DNA of 64,000 nt from Synechococcus sp. (lineage in GTDB: Bacteria > Cyanobacteriota > Cyanobacteriia > Thermostichales > PCC-7336), in the NCBI GenBank assembly GCA_051439425.1, contig JBFRWD010000140.1, positions 1 through 64,000 on the forward strand. The letters run 5' to 3'. The position numbers and the translations under genes were made by a program. Below are positions 58,600 to 64,000 of this stretch, piece by piece (position 1 is the stretch's first letter; every line of letters begins with the position of its first letter). The notes under the pieces are model-generated. The model did not search any database. It saw nothing but the letters and a program-made list of their open reading frames with translations, and was not told where the DNA came from.

Positions 58600-59013
58600 T
58601 CAGACCTGTGTGGCAACGCAGGACTGAATCAGTTCGTTGATACGATCGACCATAGCCTGTTGGTCAACCACTGGCTTGGCAATATATCCTTGTGCTCCGC
58701 TTTCCTGCAGAAATTTTTCGCGATCGCCCCGCATGGCATGGGCCGTAACCAATATGACTGGTACGTGAGCGGAAGCTGGATTCTGTTTCAGAAATTGCGT
58801 AATCCGAATCCCATCGACCGATTCGCCGCGATAAAAGCTACCAGACAGCGACACATCCATCAAAATTGCAGCGATATTGCCATCGGCGACCACCTGCAGA
58901 ATTTCTTCTACATCTTGGCTGACAATCACCTCAAACCCACCGCGTTTGGACAGAATCGTTGAAAATACGCGGGCATTGAGCGGATCGTCTTCAACCAGCA
59001 ATACTGTGGTCAT
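58600..59013 (-). CDS. single-domain response regulator (DivK-like)
   Basis: VLLVEDD, ILMDVSL, LVTAHAMRGD, YIAKP motifs. Confidence 0.9.
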   Translation of the reverse strand: MTTVLLVEDDPLNARVFSTILSKRGGFEVIVSQDVEEILQVVADGNIAAILMDVSLSGSFYRGESVDGIRITQFLKQNPASAHVPVILVTAHAMRGDREKFLQESGAQGYIAKPVVDQQAMVDRINELIQSCVATQV

Positions 59014-59415
59014 ACAACAGTCACCTGCTTGAATGAACGCTCCCAGATTACCCAGGCCAACTGGCGATCTCGACACGGAGACCTAACTCCACTAATTGGT
59101 TACACCATGCCGAAAAAATTCGTATAAATAATTGCTTTTGATTGCGATTTTCACGATTGAATCGGTTGATGCTTGGGCCAGAGTTGGGATGTTTGAGTGG
59201 CAAGAGGTTGCTGGAGTGCCGGTTGTCCAAAAGACCTCACAAATGTAGCGATAGGCCAACCCCTCCCCGGACGCTCGTAGCCAACGCAATGTCGTTCCAG
59301 AATTTCCGCTTGGCATTAGACTGATTGAGAGCCGAAGAGGCGAGTCTGTGGCGGCCTTGAGGCCGTTTACTTGCGTCAAGCCTGTTATCTACCCAACGCC
59401 AGCGTATTCACTGTT

Positions 59416-59979
59416 ATGACCTCGGAACCTTCGTTATTTGCTACCGCCGCCCGTTACTGCCTGATTTTGGCCGGTGTTTTGGGATTCATGACGGTGGTCC
59501 TGTGGGTGCGCGAGATTAAGTGGAAATTTGCTTTTTTTGGCTATACCGCGTTCACATTAGTGCTAGCTGCTGGGTTGGGAGCTCTAAGCTTGGCACCGAT
59601 CGTGCGCACAACTGTTCCCGGAACGGTGCCGTTCTCAACGGTATTTGACGACAATTCCACCAATGCTGCGATCGCCGTATCGCCGACGATCACCCCCGAA
59701 CAGCTGGAACCCACGCTACGGCAGGCTGCGGCCAACTTGTATTCCTACGGGCGTTATTCCCCGACCACTCGCACGCTAACGATTCGGGCTCGGGCGATTG
59801 TTCACCCCGAACCGGGTATCTCGTTACCGATCTATGTGGGACAGGTGAAACGGTCGATGGAACTGCGTGACGATCCTGACATGACCATTGATATTGACTC
59901 CTCTGCGTTCTCCGAGCTGCGCAAATACTCGCCGGCTAGCCCGTCCTTAACCTCTGAAGGTGATGAGACAGCGGCCTAA
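59416..59979 (+). CDS. ycf51: Ycf51 (DUF2518) family protein
   Basis: Two TM helices, then VFDD...QLEPTLRQAAANLYSYGR...IRARAIVHPEPGIS. Confidence 0.85.
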   Translation: MTSEPSLFATAARYCLILAGVLGFMTVVLWVREIKWKFAFFGYTAFTLVLAAGLGALSLAPIVRTTVPGTVPFSTVFDDNSTNAAIAVSPTITPEQLEPTLRQAAANLYSYGRYSPTTRTLTIRARAIVHPEPGISLPIYVGQVKRSMELRDDPDMTIDIDSSAFSELRKYSPASPSLTSEGDETAA

Positions 59980-60288
59980 ACATTAACAAGTTCGGTTGAT
60001 GGGTTGCCGAAAATCTTAATTGCGGCTACCGGTGCGGAAGGCGTCAAAATCTGTAAAAGTGATGTAGTGCTGCTGCATCTGCTTTCAGGCCTAGCGTTTT
60101 GCGCCAGTGCCGAGTCAAATTGAGCCCGTTTAACGTTGAGTAAATCCAGCGTTGACGATGCTCCGGGGGGAAAAGGAGCCTAATGGTATCGAGACTGGGG
60201 GTTGCGGACGATCGTTGTCTGTGGGCTCGATTGAGTGACCGCATGGGTGGAGATGGGGCTGCAGTATGGTCAAACTGCGCGAGCGGTT

Positions 60289-61590
60289 ATGAACTACTAC
60301 CAAGTTCTGGAGATTCCTCCAGATGCGACACCAGAAGATATTAAACGGGCGTACCGCCAACTGGTTCGCAGGCATCATCCTGACGTTGCCACTGACGAAA
60401 CGGGCGATCGCTTCCATCAAATCCAGGCAGCCTACGAGATTCTGAGCGATCCCGGAGAGCGGCGCAAATACGATTTATCTGTGGGGTGGGGACGTTCTCC
60501 TCGCACCGCCATTCCGTATCGTCCGGCCCAAACCAAAACGGGATCGGGGGGGGCATCATCTGCTAATTCCCCTGCACCAAAGTCTCCTGCATCAAAATCT
60601 TCCGCAAAATCTCCCGCATCACCCAACCCGACCCAACCAGCAGCGCGATCGAGCCAAGCCAGCGATCACGCTCGTTCTGCTTGGGCGAGTACCGCCAATC
60701 GCAGCAAGTTTGACAATACCGAATTCTCAAACAGCGGTCGTTCTCCCAACACTCAGCGCCAAGCGCACGATCGCAAGGCAGCAGCCCATGCGCCTTCGAA
60801 AGACCGACAGCCGCCGTCCGTTAAATCAGCTCGTTCGCATTCCGAAAGAGACACAGAAAACAGAGGTAGCCGTGAAACACCGGATAAGCCCGGACAAGAT
60901 CGCCGAGTGGGAGACCGCCGTAACAGTGGCGGTAAAAGCGACCGTAGCAATGGCTATGCCGAAGATCGCTCCCATATCCCGCACCACGATCGCCCCTCTC
61001 AGCAGGGCGCAACGCGCTCCAACACCCCAACGGTCGACGGGCCCCATAGGACCGTGTCTCCCAGCTATAGCCAGCGAATGCGGACTGCCGACAGTACATA
61101 CAGCAATAGTTCGAGTAGCACTTCAAATGGCACCACGCCACCGAATGGCAAGATCCCAGGAGCTAGTAGGTTAGATGCCAGCAGAGCAAGTGCCAGTGCT
61201 TCTGCAACTAGACAGGCGTCGTCTTCCCCATCCTCCAATTACAAGCCCTATTCTCCTCCCCCCAGACCGGAACCCGAGATTCCTAACTTCAATCGTGGGG
61301 TGAAATCTCTCAAAGAAGCTCTACGAAGTAATCGCTATTCGCTCGCGACCGAGATCGCCGACCAGTTGGTGACCCATTACTCCAACCGTCCCCCGGTTAT
61401 GCGTCTATTTGTGAAGGCGTATCATCTGCGGGGGAATGAGATGCTGTATTACAAGCGCTACGAACTGGCCGAGATTTATTTGTACGAAGCATTGAAAACA
61501 GCCCATTCTCACTATCCCGAGCTGGTAAAAACCATCCAGGCGGATCTCGAACGAACGGATACCAATCGGCGTGAGTTGGGGATGATGTAG
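60289..61590 (+). CDS. J-domain protein with long disordered linker and TPR-like C-terminus
   Basis: NYYQVL...IKRAYRQLVRRHHPD...AYEILSDP; S/P/R-rich middle region. Confidence 0.85.
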   Translation: MNYYQVLEIPPDATPEDIKRAYRQLVRRHHPDVATDETGDRFHQIQAAYEILSDPGERRKYDLSVGWGRSPRTAIPYRPAQTKTGSGGASSANSPAPKSPASKSSAKSPASPNPTQPAARSSQASDHARSAWASTANRSKFDNTEFSNSGRSPNTQRQAHDRKAAAHAPSKDRQPPSVKSARSHSERDTENRGSRETPDKPGQDRRVGDRRNSGGKSDRSNGYAEDRSHIPHHDRPSQQGATRSNTPTVDGPHRTVSPSYSQRMRTADSTYSNSSSSTSNGTTPPNGKIPGASRLDASRASASASATRQASSSPSSNYKPYSPPPRPEPEIPNFNRGVKSLKEALRSNRYSLATEIADQLVTHYSNRPPVMRLFVKAYHLRGNEMLYYKRYELAEIYLYEALKTAHSHYPELVKTIQADLERTDTNRRELGMM

Positions 61591-61780
61591 AGCGACGTCC
61601 CCCTGTCGAATAACAGCAGTATGCTCAGGACGGTCCACCAGGCAAGATAGCGGATTGCTATTGCTGTAATTGAAAGTCGATCGCGATTTTCCCCACCGTT
61701 TGCGCTATGGAGGCTTAGACTAGCGGTCGGGATATGAACTTCCCACATTGGTTTGAACGTTCGCGCCGCCAACCTAGCGG

Positions 61781-62890
61781 ATGGTTCAAACGCTGTTGAT
61801 GAATTGGGTAAATCGGACTGTGCCTAAGTGGGATGCAATTGTTGTCGGGAGTGGGGCGATTGGAATGGCGATCGCCTACGAGCTATCGCTGGGTGGTTGC
61901 AAGGTCGCTCTAGTCGATCGGGGGGAACTGGGCAAGCAGGCCAGTTGGGCGGCGGCAGGAATGTTGGCTCCACGAGCGGAAGAGTTACAAGAGGGGCCCC
62001 TACTGCAGTTGTGCCTGAAAAGTTTAGGACTGTATCCAGAGTGGTCCACGCAACTGCAACGTCTGTCTGGAGTTGATATCGGATATTGGCCTTGCGGGAT
62101 TTTAAGACCCTGTCTGGAGGGGGAGACAGTAGCAACCGATCGCCTATTGACACGCTCGGAGCTGGACGAACTGCAGGTGGGGTTGGGCTCGAAGGTGGTA
62201 GGCGCTGGTTGGTTGCCAAACGAAGGGCAGGTGGACAACCGCCAGTTGGTGCAGTCGTTGAGGGCTGCGTTGACAGAGGTGGGAGCGATCGCGATCCCCA
62301 ACACCGACGTTAGGCAATGGCAAGTGGAGGGCGATCGCGTTGTGGCTGTACAGACCTCCCGAGGTCGCTTGCTGGCGGACTCATTCGTGCTGGCGGGAGG
62401 GGCGTATTCGTCCGAACTCTTGGATATTCCCGTTCGTCCCCTGAAGGGGCAAATGCTGATGGTGAACGATCCGGTTTGCCAGTTGCAGCACGTTCTCTAC
62501 GGCCAGGGCATCTACATCGTTCCACGCCAGGATGGACGCATTGTGGTGGGGGCGACAGAAGAAGATGTGGGATTTGAAGACGGCAATACGGGTGGTGCCA
62601 TGCAGTCGTTATTGCAGAAAGCGATCGCGGTGTTCCCCAAGATTGCCGGGTTGAACTTATTGGAGACCTGGTGGGGGTATCGACCAACCACTCCCGATCT
62701 GCTGCCTATTCTGGGAAGGGGCCCCCAGGAGAATGTGTATGTGGCGACCGGTCACCATCGCAACGGTATATTGCTGGTGCCGGCGACGGCTAGAGTGATG
62801 GCTCGACTAATTTTGGATGGAGATCGCGATCCGCTACTGCAGCACTTTAGTTGGCGACGGTTTCAGGCTGCCGAACTCAGCAAAGTCTGA
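61781..62890 (+). CDS. thiO: glycine oxidase ThiO
   Basis: GSGAIG, ASWAAAGML, PLKGQM, YIVPR, GYRP, ATGHHRNGIL motifs. Start may be GTG 61820. Confidence 0.88.
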   Translation: MVQTLLMNWVNRTVPKWDAIVVGSGAIGMAIAYELSLGGCKVALVDRGELGKQASWAAAGMLAPRAEELQEGPLLQLCLKSLGLYPEWSTQLQRLSGVDIGYWPCGILRPCLEGETVATDRLLTRSELDELQVGLGSKVVGAGWLPNEGQVDNRQLVQSLRAALTEVGAIAIPNTDVRQWQVEGDRVVAVQTSRGRLLADSFVLAGGAYSSELLDIPVRPLKGQMLMVNDPVCQLQHVLYGQGIYIVPRQDGRIVVGATEEDVGFEDGNTGGAMQSLLQKAIAVFPKIAGLNLLETWWGYRPTTPDLLPILGRGPQENVYVATGHHRNGILLVPATARVMARLILDGDRDPLLQHFSWRRFQAAELSKV

Positions 62891-63003
62891 CCAATTACAG
62901 TAGAGCGAGCGATCGCTTATCCGTTGCAAGTTGTAATTACTGCCACTCGACTCTGGAGTTTGTGAGTACATTGAGGTTACGGTTTGCTCGGGAGACAAGA
63001 CCA

Positions 63004-63591
63004 GTGGTTCGGGTGTTGATTCCGTTAGTTGATGGGTTTGAAGAAATCGAGGCGATCGCGATTATCGATATTCTGCGCAGGGCGGAGATTGACGTCACGG
63101 TTGCAAGCTTGGGGGCGCCAAACACGGTTGTGACAGGTAGCCATCATATTCCCGTTCAACCCGATACTACGCTGGATGAAATTTGGAGCGAGACCCTAGT
63201 CAATCAGTACGATGCGTTGGTGATTCCGGGCGGCCCTGGTGTGAGTACGTTGTTGGAATCTGCAGCGTTGGGTCAGCTCGTGCTGCTGTTTGATAAGTCT
63301 CGCAAGTGTACGGCTGCAATTTGTGCGGCCCCGTTAGTGTTATCAAAAGCTGGATTACTGAAGCGACGCAGAGCGACGAGTTTTCCCGGCGTGCGCGATC
63401 GGATTGATGCTGGGCAGTACAGCGAGGAGCGCGTAGTGGTGGATGGGCACATTGTCACCAGTCGCGGCGCAGGAACTGCTGTCGAATTTGCGCTGCAGTT
63501 GGTGGCTGAGTTGATCGATCCGGTAAAGGCCAATGAGGTGGGCAAGTCCATTGTGTCTCACTGGATTCCGGAGCCGATCGCCACTGCGTAG
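63004..63591 (+). CDS. DJ-1/YajL (ThiJ) family protein
   Basis: GFEEIE, DILRRA, IPGG, AAICAAP, TSRGAGTA motifs. Confidence 0.9.
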   Translation: MVRVLIPLVDGFEEIEAIAIIDILRRAEIDVTVASLGAPNTVVTGSHHIPVQPDTTLDEIWSETLVNQYDALVIPGGPGVSTLLESAALGQLVLLFDKSRKCTAAICAAPLVLSKAGLLKRRRATSFPGVRDRIDAGQYSEERVVVDGHIVTSRGAGTAVEFALQLVAELIDPVKANEVGKSIVSHWIPEPIATA

Positions 63592-63852
63592 CTTATTTGC
63601 AGGCAATTGATTGGGATTTACTGCAACGCCATGAAGTCCGACAACAACTCGCAGGCGTAGTTGAATGTCCGGCGTTATCGATCGTGCATTGTCATGTAGG
63701 TGATTTGCCAACTAGGTTAAGTTGATTGCGGCGCAGTAATTCATATCGAAGGAGGAAAGTGTGGCGTCGTTACGACGGCGACTACTGATGGTTGATTGTT
63801 GAGAAGTTCGTTTCTATTCACGATTCTTTGTTCTTCGAGGAGGCTGTTGCTG

Positions 63853-64000
63853 ATGAATATTTTTCTTAACTCAGAGGACCTGTTGTTGACAGATCCACAT
63901 GGTTTACAGTGCCGGTTGTCCAGCATCTTGGGTCCACTTCAGTTGTCCCAAGTGAAACACGACTTTTACTATGGGGAAACCAAATTCCCTATGAAATCCA
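63853..64000 (+). CDS. possible 5' end of an unidentified gene (partial)
   Basis: GAGGAGG upstream of ATG; open to the window end (MNIFLNSEDLLLTDPHGLQCRL...). Confidence 0.35.
   Translation, partial: MNIFLNSEDLLLTDPHGLQCRLSSILGPLQLSQVKHDFYYGETKFPMKS

Noticed and set aside
61591..61800. TPP riboswitch upstream of thiO
   Set aside because: No CTGAGA / ACCTGA...TAAT...GCGNAGG consensus seen

Overview
64 kb of a cyanobacterial chromosome. Evidence: psbEFLJ, psaI, ycf51, heme oxygenase and very frequent HIP1 GCGATCGC octamers. Most of it is housekeeping or metabolic: hemW, tRNA-Glu, pbpC, an EF-G paralogue, panB/panD, hrcA, ppk1, era, glgA/GH57, crtE, pgi, ho1, cobJ, thiO. An accessory-looking stretch at about 17-29 kb holds a GH3 glucosidase, an AT-rich oligopeptidase B, a three-gene VWA/lipoprotein operon, lrgAB and an orphan gvpF/L. 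Four photosynthesis genes absent from the ORF track (psbF, psbL, psbJ, psaI) were read by hand. The clearest structure not explained by genes is a set of small non-coding dispersed elements. Family A is about 95 bp with 28-bp terminal inverted repeats (3 copies). Family B is about 107 bp (4 copies plus one solo end). Both have TATAGC-like ends. A third element with terminal inverted repeats appears nested in a family B copy. Two inverted family A copies bracket lrgAB, and one family B copy supplies the cobJ stop codon. Other candidates for novel biology are the VWA operon, a P450 lacking the canonical acid-alcohol pair, and a PPK1 with a basic repeat tail. All family assignments come from motif recognition by eye; no searches were run.
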